A stretch of DNA of 44,452 bases. Origin: an uncultured Bacilli bacterium. Lineage in GTDB: Bacteria > Bacillota_I > Bacilli_A > RF39 > UBA660. Every line of letters begins with the position of its first letter. Position 1 is the first letter of the stretch. This document shows positions 8,404 through 18,266 of this stretch, one piece after another. The notes under the pieces were generated by a model. It was not told where the DNA came from. It did no database searches and saw only the letters and a program-made list of their open reading frames with translations. The stretch is taken from NCBI GenBank assembly GCA_944363825.1, contig CALVVK010000001.1, forward strand, positions 1-44,452, in the 5' to 3' direction. The translations under genes were made by a program, and so were the position numbers.

Positions 8404-9334
8404 ATGCAAGAAAATCAAAATGTAGTGTTTAAACAAATGATTATTAAAAATAGTAATTTGTCTTTTGAAACATCGGTGGCAAGTAATCAATATTTAACAT
8501 TTGATTATATAAAGAAGCCTTTTGCTGAAATTGGTATCGATATTAGTAATAAAAATATTATGAAGAATTTATCTATGTTAGATAACCAAGAAAAATATAC
8601 TAATTTAGCATTATTATTATCTGATCAAAATCCTTATACAATCAAAGTGGCGTCGTATGAATCAATGGAGAAAAGTAATTTTTTAGATAGAAAAGAGTTT
8701 AGTGGTTCTCTTTTAGAAATCTATGATAAAACTTTAGATTATTTGCAACTTAATTCGGCTACTTATGGACTAATTGATAGTACAATAAGAAAAGATATTG
8801 AAGAGTATCCAGAGTTTATAATCAGAGAAATTTTACTTAATTCTTTAATTCATCGTGATTATTCAACGTTGACATCTAATATAATAAATATTTATAAAAA
8901 TGATTCGATTGAATTTATTAGTTATGGTTCATTATATGGGAATATTACAATTGCGGATGCTTTGGCAGGTTTATCTACTTCGAGAAATCCCCATTTACAA
9001 GCAGTTTTTATGAGATTAAAAAGAGTTGAGGCTATTGGGAGCGGATTAAGAAGAGTAAACTCTTATTATAAAAATAGAGGCTTAGAACTTGTTATTGAGG
9101 CTTTACCAGCATCATTTATTGTAAGACTTCCAAGGATTATAATGAAATTAATACTTGATGCTGATGACGAACAATTATTACATAAAAGTTCATGGTGAAA
9201 TAACCAGAAAAAATGCGGAACAATTAATTGGTAGAGAAAAAACTACAACAGCAGGTATTCTTAATGGTATGGTTGCGAGGAATATTCTTGTTAAAGTAGG
9301 TAATGGGCCTAGTACTAAATATATAGTTCAATAA
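8404..9334 (+). pseudogene. Degraded gene for an AlbA_2/HATPase_c_4/wHTH ('RecG-like putative DNA-binding') protein: frameshifted and internally deleted
   Basis: The ATPase-like core is REILLNSLIHRDY...RNPHLQAVFMRLKRVEAIGSGLRRV. The reading frame stops at 9198. The expected C-terminal winged helix (YYIKVHGEITRKNAEQLIGREKTTTAGILNGMVARNILVKVGNGPSTKYIVQ) continues in the +1 frame from about 9152 to 9334. Only the first motif (ENQNVVFKQ) of the N-terminal AlbA_2 domain remains. Confidence 0.55.
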
Positions 9335-9403
9335 ATGTGATAAAACTGAAGATTATTATAGATTATAACTTGTTGCATGTAAAATCAAACAGAAGGTGAA
9401 TAA

Positions 9404-10120
9404 ATGAAATTATTTTTGTGCGGTGGTGGATCTGGAAGTCAAATTAAATATGCATTGAATAAATTCTCAACATGTATTGATAAAACAAAGCCAATATTAT
9501 ATATCCCTCTTGCAATGGATGAAGATAAATATGATTCATGTAGAGAGTGGTTTTCTTCAGAAATAAAGTTAGTCGGAATGAAGAATTTTGATATGGTTAA
9601 AAGTTCATTAGAATTATCTAAAAAGAATTTTAATGATTATTGTGCTTTATTTATTGGGGGTGGTAATACTTATAAATTATTAAAAGAAATAAAGGATAAC
9701 TCAAATTTTGAAAAAATAAAGGAATATTTAAATAATGGTGGAATTGTATTTGGAGGAAGTGCTGGTGCTATTATTTTCGGGAAAAGTATTAATAGTTGTT
9801 TGTTAGATGATGACAATTATGTCGACTTAAAAGATTGTAATGGATTTAATTATTTAAATGATTATTCAATATTATGTCATTTAAATAATCAAAGTTTTAA
9901 AAAAAATAGTGATTATTTAATTGAATTTTCAAAAAATAATAAAATAATATATTTACCAGAAGAAGACACAATAATTATTTCTGATAAGAAAATTAGTTTT
10001 ATTGGTCAAAAGAAATATATAATTTTTGATAATGGGAAATACGTTAAACATAATTTTGCAAATATGAAGAAAGATATTAATAGAATTATATTAGATATAA
10101 TGTATTTAAATTTAGACTAA
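9404..10120 (+). CDS. Peptidase S51 (dipeptidase E-like) family protein
   Basis: MKLFLCGGGSG...LFIGGGNTYKLL...GGIVFGGSAGAIIFG, with the nucleophile Ser in context. Confidence 0.7.
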   Translation: MKLFLCGGGSGSQIKYALNKFSTCIDKTKPILYIPLAMDEDKYDSCREWFSSEIKLVGMKNFDMVKSSLELSKKNFNDYCALFIGGGNTYKLLKEIKDNSNFEKIKEYLNNGGIVFGGSAGAIIFGKSINSCLLDDDNYVDLKDCNGFNYLNDYSILCHLNNQSFKKNSDYLIEFSKNNKIIYLPEEDTIIISDKKISFIGQKKYIIFDNGKYVKHNFANMKKDINRIILDIMYLNLD

Positions 10121-10219
10121 GATGATTGAATCTTGGTCTTTTTTTGAGAACTTTTAATCAAAAAAAAGGAAATCGGGGGGTTGGGCGTGTATATATATAG
10201 TGAAAGGAGGTTTTTGGTA

Positions 10220-10939
10220 ATGCATTTTTTAAGCACAAAATTGAATAATAAGTTATTTGTTTTGGGATTATTGATATTATTAAGTGTTATTATCTTGGGT
10301 TTAAGTTGTTACTTAATATATGTAAGTAATAATCAAGAAGAATGTTTTTGTGATGAGTTTGAAAATATTCTTGTAACTCCGGATGATTCAACCAGTGAAG
10401 ATGTTGATGCTAAAGAAAATAAGCCTTTATATGTTGAAGTAAAGGGTGCAGTTTTAAACCCTGGGGTATTTGCAGTTAGTGATGAAAATATTATCAATGA
10501 TGTTATTGCAATGGCTGGGGGATTTACTAATAATGCTTATACTGCTAATATTAATTTGAGTAAAAGAGTAACTGATGAATTAGTTATTTATGTTTATACT
10601 GATTCGGAATATCAAAAGAATAATTCAAATGGTAATAGTAGTAAAAAAGAAGATAATTCTTATACAATTGATAAGTATATTGATAGTTCTGTAAGTATTA
10701 TTACAAGTAGTTCTAGTGATAATGTTAGTAATTCGAGTGAATCTGGAAGTTTAATTAATATTAATACGGCTTCTAGTGAGCAACTAACAACCTTACCCGG
10801 GATTGGTGATGCAAAAGCCAATAATATAATTGCTTATCGGACAGAAGTTGGCTATTTTAAGACTATTGAAGAGTTAAAAAATGTAAATGGTATTGGTGAT
10901 GCAACATTTGAACAACTTAAAAGCCTTATTACAGTATAA
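10220..10939 (+). CDS. comEA: Competence protein ComEA (membrane-anchored HhH DNA receptor)
   Basis: N-terminal TM segment, SLBB-like region YVEVKGAVLNPGVF, and C-terminal HhH INTASSEQLTTLPGIGDAKANNIIAYR. The ATG at 10220 has an AAGGAGG RBS. Confidence 0.85.
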   Translation: MHFLSTKLNNKLFVLGLLILLSVIILGLSCYLIYVSNNQEECFCDEFENILVTPDDSTSEDVDAKENKPLYVEVKGAVLNPGVFAVSDENIINDVIAMAGGFTNNAYTANINLSKRVTDELVIYVYTDSEYQKNNSNGNSSKKEDNSYTIDKYIDSSVSIITSSSSDNVSNSSESGSLININTASSEQLTTLPGIGDAKANNIIAYRTEVGYFKTIEELKNVNGIGDATFEQLKSLITV

Positions 10940-12983
10940 TAAGTTATTCGTTATTTTATTTATATTTATTTTCTTTTATAGTTTGTTTTTTACCCAAATA
11001 ATAAAGTATCATTCAAAGTATCAAGGGAATGAAACCGAAATTATGGGGACTATTAAAGAATATAGTATTAATGGTAATAAATTGAAAATGACTATTGAGG
11101 CACGGGAAGATATAATTGCTACTTATTATATTTCTTCTTTAGAAGAAAAGGAATATTTGTTAAAAAATGTGGGGATTGGCAAAACTATTTATTTAAATGG
11201 AACTTTAAATGAACCAATGAATAATACAGTTCCTAATAACTTTAATTATAAAAATTATTTATATAATCAGCATATTTATTATTTATTTAGTGTCGATAGT
11301 TATAAAATACGTGATGATAATAATTTTTTCGATAAAATTAAAGATTATATCATAAAACGGGCTTATAATTTAGAAAATGGCGATTATTTATTGGTTTTAG
11401 TTCTAGGTGATAATGCCTTAATCAGTAGTGATGAATATAATAATTATCAAACTAATGGGACATCACATTTACTCGCGATTTCTGGTTCCCATGTGACAGT
11501 ATTATTGGCTATTTTTTCATTTTTATTGCGCCGTTTTAAAGAAATACCTAAGTTATTGATATTGAGTGTAATTTTAATGTTTTTTGGCTATCTAACTAAC
11601 TTCCAGGCAGCTTTAAATAGGGCTATTTTATTTTTTATAATTAATCAAATAAATAAAATAAAGGATCTTAAGTTTTCTAATTTGCAAGTTTTATTCCTGA
11701 CGGCTTTTTTGTTAGTTTTCTTTAATCCCTTTATTATTTATGATTTGGGATTTATTTATTCCTTTGTTATATGTGGTGGGATAATGTATTTTAAAGATAA
11801 GATTACTGGTAATTATTTTACTAAATTGTTTAAACTTAGTCTGATTTCTTTTTTATTTAGTCTTCCGATAAGTGCTTATATCAATTATGAAGTAAATATT
11901 TCATCGATTCTAGTTAATATGGTTTTTGTTCCTTGGATATCAATTATTGTTTTTCCTTTATCGTTACTTACCTTTATATTTCCTATATTAAGTCCCATAT
12001 TTAGTATAACTTTACAAATAACGGAGTTTTTAAATAACTTATTTACTAAATTTAGTTTATTTATTAATATTCCGAAGATGGCTTTGTTAGTAGTTATTTT
12101 ATTATTTATTTTTTTGTTACTAAGTAAAAATAATTATCACTATATTACCTGTTTTATAACGATTTTAATTGTTATCAAATTAGTTCCTAAATTTAATAAT
12201 AATACGTATGTTTATTATTTAGATGTTGGGCAAGGGGATAGTATAGTTTTAATTTCACCCCACCAAAGGGAAGTGGTCATGATTGATACTGGTGGGAAGA
12301 TAAGTTATTCGCAAGAAGAATGGGAGCAAAGCAATAAAAATTATAATTTAAGTGCTAATACTATTAAGTTTTTAAAAAGTTTAGGTATAACTAATATCGA
12401 TTATTTGATAATTACCCATGGTGATATGGATCATGCAGGAGAAGCCATTAATATTGTTAATAATATTAATGTCAGCCATATTTTATTTAATAATGATAAT
12501 TATAATGAATTAGAACTAGAAATTATTGATACTCTTAAGAATAAAGATATTAAATATTTAAAGAATATTAAAAGTATTAATTTTGGTAATACTAAATTAT
12601 ATTTTTTAAATGATACTTTATATGATAATGAAAATGATAATTCTACTGTAATTTATTACCCAATTCAAGGCAAGAAATTTCTATTTATGGGTGATGCTGG
12701 AGTTGGTGTGGAAAAGAATTTGGTGAGTAAATATAATTTAGAAAATATAACTATTTTAAAAGTTGGTCATCATGGTAGTAAAACTAGCACTAGTGAAGAA
12801 TTTATCACTGAAATTAAGCCCAAGTATGCTATTATATCAGTAGGGCGAAATAATAGGTATAATCATCCGAGCAAAGAAGTAATAGATACTTTAAATAAAC
12901 AAAAAGTATATCGAACGGATACGATGGGAAGTATTATGTTTGAGATAAATAATAAATTAAAAATAACAACATTTCCACCATAG
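10887..12983 (+). CDS. comEC: DNA internalisation competence protein ComEC/Rec2
   Basis: Polytopic competence domain plus a C-terminal metallo-beta-lactamase (YLDVGQGDSIVL...HGDMDHAGE...GHHGS). The start is uncertain (10887 or 10899, or a downstream alternative) and overlaps the comEA 3' end. Confidence 0.85.
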   Translation: MVLVMQHLNNLKALLQYNKLFVILFIFIFFYSLFFTQIIKYHSKYQGNETEIMGTIKEYSINGNKLKMTIEAREDIIATYYISSLEEKEYLLKNVGIGKTIYLNGTLNEPMNNTVPNNFNYKNYLYNQHIYYLFSVDSYKIRDDNNFFDKIKDYIIKRAYNLENGDYLLVLVLGDNALISSDEYNNYQTNGTSHLLAISGSHVTVLLAIFSFLLRRFKEIPKLLILSVILMFFGYLTNFQAALNRAILFFIINQINKIKDLKFSNLQVLFLTAFLLVFFNPFIIYDLGFIYSFVICGGIMYFKDKITGNYFTKLFKLSLISFLFSLPISAYINYEVNISSILVNMVFVPWISIIVFPLSLLTFIFPILSPIFSITLQITEFLNNLFTKFSLFINIPKMALLVVILLFIFLLLSKNNYHYITCFITILIVIKLVPKFNNNTYVYYLDVGQGDSIVLISPHQREVVMIDTGGKISYSQEEWEQSNKNYNLSANTIKFLKSLGITNIDYLIITHGDMDHAGEAINIVNNINVSHILFNNDNYNELELEIIDTLKNKDIKYLKNIKSINFGNTKLYFLNDTLYDNENDNSTVIYYPIQGKKFLFMGDAGVGVEKNLVSKYNLENITILKVGHHGSKTSTSEEFITEIKPKYAIISVGRNNRYNHPSKEVIDTLNKQKVYRTDTMGSIMFEINNKLKITTFPP

Positions 12984-13113
12984 GTATGGCCTACACGTTA
13001 TATAATTCTTACCATAAAATATAGTACATTATATAATGTTTTAATAGAGTAGAGAAGAGATTCTCTTTTCTTCTGCATAAATTTATAGTAAAATAAATAT
13101 ATCGAGGTAAAGT

Positions 13114-14052
13114 ATGAATATCTATTTAATTAGTAATGAAAGTTATCGTTTAATAAATGAAGAAATAAAAAAAATAGTTAAAAATAATAATTATGAAACT
13201 TTTAATTTAAATAAAAGTTTAATTACGGAAGTATTAGAAGAAGCAAGTTATCTTTCTTTAGATAATAATTTAAAATATTTAGTAGTTAGTAATGCTGATT
13301 TTTTTGGCAGTGATAAAGTTGATGATAAGTTAGTTGAACAACTTCTTAAATATTTTAATAATCCTAATCCGAATACCGTATTAATTTTTACAACGCAAAA
13401 GCCAATTGATTCCCGGAAGAAAATAGTAAAACTAATTAAAGATAAGTATCAAGTTATAAGTGATGCTAAGAAAGATAAAATGGCCCTAAGTAACTTTTTG
13501 ACTAATTATGTTAAAAGAAATGAATTTTCTATTGATTATCAAACAATAAATTATATTATTAATAATTCTTATAATAATTTAGATATTATGTTAAATGAAC
13601 TTGATAAAATAATGCTTTATTATAATTTCCCTTGTACGATTAAATATAATGATGTGGTTAGTATTGTCGGGAATTCTTTAGATAATAATAATTTCCATTT
13701 TGTGGCAGCGGTGGTTTCGAAAAAATTGCCTGATGCTTTGCGGTTATTTAATAGTCTTAAAGTATATAAAGTTGATAGTACAGTTTTAGTTGCCTTACTT
13801 GCTAGAGAATATCGGCTTACTTTTTATGTTAAAAAATTATATCAAGATAAATGGAGTTTAAAGGATATTTGTAATACTTTACACATGGCTGATTGGCAAG
13901 TTGATAAACTTTATAATAATGCTTTACATTATAGTGAAAGTGAACTACTTAGAAATTTAGTATTACTTTGTGATATCGATATGAATATTAAAAAGGGCTT
14001 ATGGGATAAAGATACGGCTTTATATGGTTTTTTATTAGATGCTTGCAGTTAA
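13114..14052 (+). CDS. holA: DNA polymerase III delta subunit
   Basis: 312 aa. Its position directly after comEC matches Bacillus synteny, and the N- and C-terminal domain pattern is delta-like. The call rests largely on synteny. Confidence 0.7.
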   Translation: MNIYLISNESYRLINEEIKKIVKNNNYETFNLNKSLITEVLEEASYLSLDNNLKYLVVSNADFFGSDKVDDKLVEQLLKYFNNPNPNTVLIFTTQKPIDSRKKIVKLIKDKYQVISDAKKDKMALSNFLTNYVKRNEFSIDYQTINYIINNSYNNLDIMLNELDKIMLYYNFPCTIKYNDVVSIVGNSLDNNNFHFVAAVVSKKLPDALRLFNSLKVYKVDSTVLVALLAREYRLTFYVKKLYQDKWSLKDICNTLHMADWQVDKLYNNALHYSESELLRNLVLLCDIDMNIKKGLWDKDTALYGFLLDACS

Positions 14053-14053
14053 A

Positions 14054-14084
14054 AAGGACATTATTTAGATGTCCTTGATTTTTT
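14054..14084 (+). terminator. Terminator after holA, embedded in the 3' end of the convergent rnhC
   Basis: AAGGACAT-tatttag-ATGTCCTT followed by GATTTTTT. Confidence 0.6.
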
Positions 14085-15003
14085 CAGTATTTTTAAAATT
14101 TAGTTTAGCATATTTATTTAGAATCTCTAGACCATGTTCTTTAACTAATTTTTTGGCTACTTCATCAACAACGATGCCAGCACCTTTAGGAATATTGGTG
14201 TTTAATTCTGTACTGATATCATGCATAATTTTTAAGAAAATATAGCGACTGATGATGGAGGCACAGGCAACACTTAAACATTGTTCTTCGGCTTTTGGGG
14301 TAAAGGTAATATTGATAACTTTTTCTTTGGTATCACTTAAATATTCGTAATATTTAGTTGGGGGTGTAAATTGATCGACGATGATTTTATCATAGTTAGG
14401 GCACTTATTTACCATGCTCAAGAGCACTTTATTATGTAAAATGGCTTTAATTTTATTCATATTAAGGCTACTGTTATGCATTTTGTTATAATCAGTATTA
14501 TTTAAAACATAACTGGTATAAGGAATTTTATTCATAATTTGGGGTGCAATTTCTTTGATCCGATTATCATCTATTTTTTTAGAATCAGTTACTTTTAATT
14601 CATTTAAAAAAGGGATATATTGGGTACTTACAAAAGTGGCACTAACAACAATTGGGCCAAAGTAATCACCAGTACCAACTTCATCGGAACCAATAGTGTT
14701 ATATTGATCGAATTTGCTGGTTTTTATTTCCTTAGGTTTATTATCTTTGTTTTTTTCTTTCCCCGTTTTAATATCGATGATTCGATTATTTAATTTTTTT
14801 TCTAAATCAATCCAAATGTTAGCATCAATATCAGCAGATATTCCTTGAAACATTACTTTACCTGATTCATATAAAGTTATTATAGTATCGGCATCCATGG
14901 CTTGAAACACCGCATAGGGGGGAGTTTTATCACGGCGCAAATCTTTATAATATTTAAGCATTTTTTCTTTAACGTTATCACTTACTTTAAAAACAATTGT
15001 CAT
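14065..15003 (-). CDS. rnhC: Ribonuclease HIII
   Basis: N-terminal DUF3378-like domain plus the catalytic motif GSDEVGTGDYFGPIVVSA. Length is 312 aa. Confidence 0.9.
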   Translation of the reverse strand: MTIVFKVSDNVKEKMLKYYKDLRRDKTPPYAVFQAMDADTIITLYESGKVMFQGISADIDANIWIDLEKKLNNRIIDIKTGKEKNKDNKPKEIKTSKFDQYNTIGSDEVGTGDYFGPIVVSATFVSTQYIPFLNELKVTDSKKIDDNRIKEIAPQIMNKIPYTSYVLNNTDYNKMHNSSLNMNKIKAILHNKVLLSMVNKCPNYDKIIVDQFTPPTKYYEYLSDTKEKVINITFTPKAEEQCLSVACASIISRYIFLKIMHDISTELNTNIPKGAGIVVDEVAKKLVKEHGLEILNKYAKLNFKNTEKIKDI

Positions 15004-15095
15004 ATTTTACCTCTCCTTTACTAAATTTTATCATATTTGACTTTATTTTTCATCATATTTATAATATAATTAAAATAAGGAGATAAGATAGATGT

Positions 15096-15791
15096 ATGAA
15101 TGTAATTGATATTATTAGTATTATAATTATTTTGTTATTTGGGGTAATGGGTTTAAAAAGGGGTGTTATCAAAAGTTTAGTTCAATTAGTTGGAACATGT
15201 GCGGTATTGGTTTTAGCCTTTGTTTTTAAAGATACTATTGCTAACTTTTTGATGGAGCATTTGCCGTTCTTTAATTTTGGGGGAATATTTGATGGTATAA
15301 CATCGATTAATATTTTGATATATGAATTAATTGCTTTTGTTGTTATTTATATTATCTTATATTGTGTTTTAAGTATTCTTATTAATTTGGCAGGAATTGT
15401 GGAAAAACTATTGGAATTTACTGTTGTCCTTGCTATACCTTCCAAAATAATGGGAGCAATTCTAGGTTTAATTGAAGGTGTTATTATGGCCTTTATGGTA
15501 ACATTTATATTATTTCATATTCCCGCAACGGAAAGTATGGTTGCCGATTCGAAATTTTCCATTGTTTTACTAGAAAGAACCCCAATTATTGGGGCATTAG
15601 CCACGGAAACAACGCAAGCCTTAGAACGAATTGATGAAATCTTACAAGAAATGGATGAAAATGCTAATCGGGAAGATGTCAATTTCCAAGTGCTACATGT
15701 TTTAGTTTCTTATAATATAATTTCTAAGGAAGATGCCCAAAAACTTATTGATGATCGAAAAATAGTGTTTTCGAATACCGTTGTAATTTAG
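15096..15791 (+). CDS. CvpA family membrane protein
   Basis: [28 protein letters not shown], four TM segments, and a position next to rnhC as in Bacillus. Confidence 0.7.
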   Translation: MNVIDIISIIIILLFGVMGLKRGVIKSLVQLVGTCAVLVLAFVFKDTIANFLMEHLPFFNFGGIFDGITSINILIYELIAFVVIYIILYCVLSILINLAGIVEKLLEFTVVLAIPSKIMGAILGLIEGVIMAFMVTFILFHIPATESMVADSKFSIVLLERTPIIGALATETTQALERIDEILQEMDENANREDVNFQVLHVLVSYNIISKEDAQKLIDDRKIVFSNTVVI

Positions 15792-15805
15792 GGAGGATGG
15801 TTTTT

Positions 15806-16093
15806 ATGGTTAAATATTTAGAAAAAGAAGAAGATTTTGCAAAAATAATTAGTGAAGAAGATGTTTTGGTCGATTTTTATGCCGATTGGTGTGGACCATG
15901 CAAAATGCTAGCACCAGTTTTGGAAGAACTTGACTATAACGTATTAAAGGTAAATGTTGATACTTATCAAAAGTTGGCCGCTAGGTATGGGGTTATGAGT
16001 ATTCCTACATTGATTCTTTTTAAAAAGGGAACAGAAGTAAAAAAGGAAATCGGTTTTAGGAATTTAGATGATTTAAAAAAGATGATCGCTTAA
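15806..16093 (+). CDS. trxA: Thioredoxin
   Basis: WCGPCK active site. The ATG at 15806 lies 9 nt after GGGAGG; the ATG at 15797 abuts the RBS. Confidence 0.9.
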   Translation: MVKYLEKEEDFAKIISEEDVLVDFYADWCGPCKMLAPVLEELDYNVLKVNVDTYQKLAARYGVMSIPTLILFKKGTEVKKEIGFRNLDDLKKMIA

Positions 16094-16106
16094 GATCATT
16101 TTTTTA
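16081..16106 (+). terminator. Terminator after trxA
   Basis: GATGATC-gcttaa-GATCATT followed by T7. Confidence 0.6.
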
Positions 16107-16130
16107 TGGCATACTTTTTAAAAAAAACAC

Positions 16131-16160
16131 TTGACATGGCATACATATGTTTGATATAAT
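16131..16160 (+). promoter_or_regulatory. Strong promoter with an extended -10
   Basis: TTGACA, 18 nt, TGaTATAAT. It lies 229 nt upstream of the abiEi start. Confidence 0.6.
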
Positions 16161-16338
16161 TAGTTTATCGAATATGGGGGTGAGAATATAAATGCAAGTT
16201 TGAATTTAATGCTATAGTAGGTTGACGATTATCCGAAATTGGTCTATGGAGAGTTTAAAGGACTCTGTGAAGTAGAAAAATTCTTGTTATTCAAGTAAGT
16301 TTGACTTTTTATTTTGTGGGGTAACATTATGTATTGAT

Positions 16339-16375
16339 TTTTTCTAGGAAAAATGTTATTATTTTCCTAGAAAAA
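16339..16375. repeat. CTAG-centred palindrome, copy 2 (14-bp arms, 9-nt spacer), abutting the abiEi RBS
   Basis: TTTTTCTAGGAAAA-atgttatta-TTTTCCTAGAAAAA. It shares its arms with 3414..3446. Confidence 0.8.
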
Positions 16376-16388
16376 GGAAATGGTGTGT

Positions 16389-16985
16389 ATGAATAACTAT
16401 GATAAAATTTTGAATTATGCTAAAGAAAATAATGGATACATTACAGCAAGTGAAGCTGAAAGATTAGTTATTAATAGTAGTTCGTTTTTAAGTAATTTAG
16501 TAGTAAACAAAAAGTTGGAAAAAGTTGGAGCGGGTGTTTATAAATTACCTGATTATCCGATTGATAATTTTTATATTTTATCCAAATGCAGTAAAAATAT
16601 GTGTTATTCTCATGCTACGGCTTTATATTTACACAATATGTCTGATAGAATTCCGTTAGTTTATGATGTTACTGTTTCATATAATTATAGTGGAAATTTA
16701 TTGAATAATGAAAATGTAACTTTGCACTATGTTAAAGATGAGATTTTTGAACTAGGGATTATTGATATTAAAACTGTTAATAATTTAACAGTTAAATGTT
16801 ATGATCTTGAAAGAACTATCTGTGATATTATTAAAGATAAAAATTGTATGGATAAAGAAATTTATTCAAAAGCCTTAAAAGAATATGCTAAACTTAAGGA
16901 TAAAGATATTTTGAAATTGGTTAAATATGCTAGATTGTTAAATATTGAAAAAGAAGTTGTTGAGTTAATGGAGGTGTTATTATAA
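16389..16985 (+). CDS. abiEi: AbiEi-family antitoxin / transcriptional regulator (type IV TA)
   Basis: The N-terminal wHTH (ILNYAKENNGYITASEAERL) and the size are typical. It is immediately followed by the AbiEii gene, with TAA and ATG abutting. Confidence 0.75.
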   Translation: MNNYDKILNYAKENNGYITASEAERLVINSSSFLSNLVVNKKLEKVGAGVYKLPDYPIDNFYILSKCSKNMCYSHATALYLHNMSDRIPLVYDVTVSYNYSGNLLNNENVTLHYVKDEIFELGIIDIKTVNNLTVKCYDLERTICDIIKDKNCMDKEIYSKALKEYAKLKDKDILKLVKYARLLNIEKEVVELMEVLL

Positions 16986-17825
16986 ATGAATTCAGACAAA
17001 TTAAATGCTATTATTAAGAAAAAAACTAATGGTAACAATACTTTGGCACATCATCTTCATCAGATGTTTTTCTTTGAACATGTATTGATGAGATTAGAAA
17101 AGAGTAAATATAAAGATAATATTATTTTAAAGGGTGGTGTTTTACTTTCCTCAATTATAGGGGAGGATTTGCGAACTACTAAAGATATGGATACTACTTT
17201 AAAGAGTTTACCGTTAAATATGGATTCTATTAGAAATATCTTTGAAGAAATATTATCTATTGATATTAATGATAATGTAAAGTTTGAAATTGTTAGTATT
17301 AAAGATATTAGATTGGATAGTTTATATGGTGGTTTTAGAATAAATGTTAAAGGTACTTTTGATAAAATAAGAACTAATTTTTTTATTGAGATAACTACTG
17401 GTGATGTAATTACACCAAGAGAGATAGAGTATCAATATAATTCTATATTTGAAGATAAAAAAATAAATATTATGGCATATACTGTTGAAACAGTAATTGC
17501 TGAAAAGTTTAATAGTATTATTAGTAGAAATATAACTTCTACAAGGGCTAAAGACTTTTATGATGTATATATGCTATTGAACGAACATAAAAATAGTATT
17601 AATAATAAAAACTTAGCTATCGCGATAGAAAATACTTTTAAAAATAGAAATACAGAGTTTAATATTGATAATTTTAAAGAAATTGTAGAAATGATGAAAG
17701 ATAGTAATATTTTAAGAAAAGTATTTGCTGATTATCAAAGTAAATTAGAATATACTAAAGAAGTAAGTTTTGATGATACAATTAACTCAGTTAATGAACT
17801 AATCAGTATATTAGAAACTCAATGA
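16986..17825 (+). CDS. abiEii: AbiEii / DUF1814 nucleotidyltransferase toxin
   Basis: LKGGVLLS...TKDMDT nucleotidyltransferase motif, 279 aa, and the operon partner of AbiEi. Confidence 0.8.
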   Translation: MNSDKLNAIIKKKTNGNNTLAHHLHQMFFFEHVLMRLEKSKYKDNIILKGGVLLSSIIGEDLRTTKDMDTTLKSLPLNMDSIRNIFEEILSIDINDNVKFEIVSIKDIRLDSLYGGFRINVKGTFDKIRTNFFIEITTGDVITPREIEYQYNSIFEDKKINIMAYTVETVIAEKFNSIISRNITSTRAKDFYDVYMLLNEHKNSINNKNLAIAIENTFKNRNTEFNIDNFKEIVEMMKDSNILRKVFADYQSKLEYTKEVSFDDTINSVNELISILETQ

Positions 17826-17851
17826 GTTTTATAACATTAAAGACTATTAAA

Positions 17852-18199
17852 TTATTTTATTGCAGCATTGCCAGCGGAGTTATATGCTCGCGTTAGTGGA
17901 CCAGCCCCCAATTTTACACCTCCGAAATATCTAACGACAACTAGCAGACGATTATTTAAATTATTTCTTTCTAAGATATTATAAAGGGGAGTTCCTGCTG
18001 TCCCTGATGGTTCTTTATCATCACTTTTACCAGCCGTATTTTGAATTTTATAGGCATAGACAACATGGCGAGCTTTTTTATGTTCTTTTCGTAAGTTTTC
18101 TAAAATTGTTTTTATTTCACTTAGATCTGTAACTTCATAATAGTAAGCCATAAATTTGGACTTTTTTACTATGATGCTAGCAGAATTTATTAAATTCAT
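17852..18199 (-). CDS. YigZ/IMPACT-family protein; N-terminal UPF0029 domain only
   Basis: KKSKFMAYYY...ARHVVYAY...DDKEPSGTAGTPL...VVVRYFGGVKLGAGPLTRAY. It is 115 aa against roughly 200 aa for typical YigZ. Confidence 0.75.
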   Translation of the reverse strand: MNLINSASIIVKKSKFMAYYYEVTDLSEIKTILENLRKEHKKARHVVYAYKIQNTAGKSDDKEPSGTAGTPLYNILERNNLNNRLLVVVRYFGGVKLGAGPLTRAYNSAGNAAIK

Positions 18200-18266
18200 T
18201 ATATCACCAATAATATTATATCGTAAAATTAGGTGATTTTGTAGTATAATAATGGTGGTGAAGGTT

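Noticed and set aside
8257-8490. 77-aa minus-strand ORF spanning the sRNA terminator and the TTGAACGA array
   Set aside because: It runs through repeats and a terminator hairpin, has no RBS, and overlaps the start of the + strand gene.
10887-10939. The 53-nt comEA/comEC overlap as a programmed frameshift or fusion
   Set aside because: It is more simply explained by an over-extended comEC start call. Several in-frame ATG/TTG codons lie near the comEA stop, and no slippery sequence is evident.
13506-13516. TTATGTTAAAA, a XerD-arm-like 11-mer
   Set aside because: It lies inside the holA coding sequence, and no plausible left arm or core precedes it.
16165-16338. The abiEi leader as a known RNA family (T-box, SRP RNA, 6S RNA, riboswitch)
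   Set aside because: I could not find the diagnostic motifs (T-box sequence, SRP domain IV, 6S closing stem) by eye. It is kept only as an unexplained leader.
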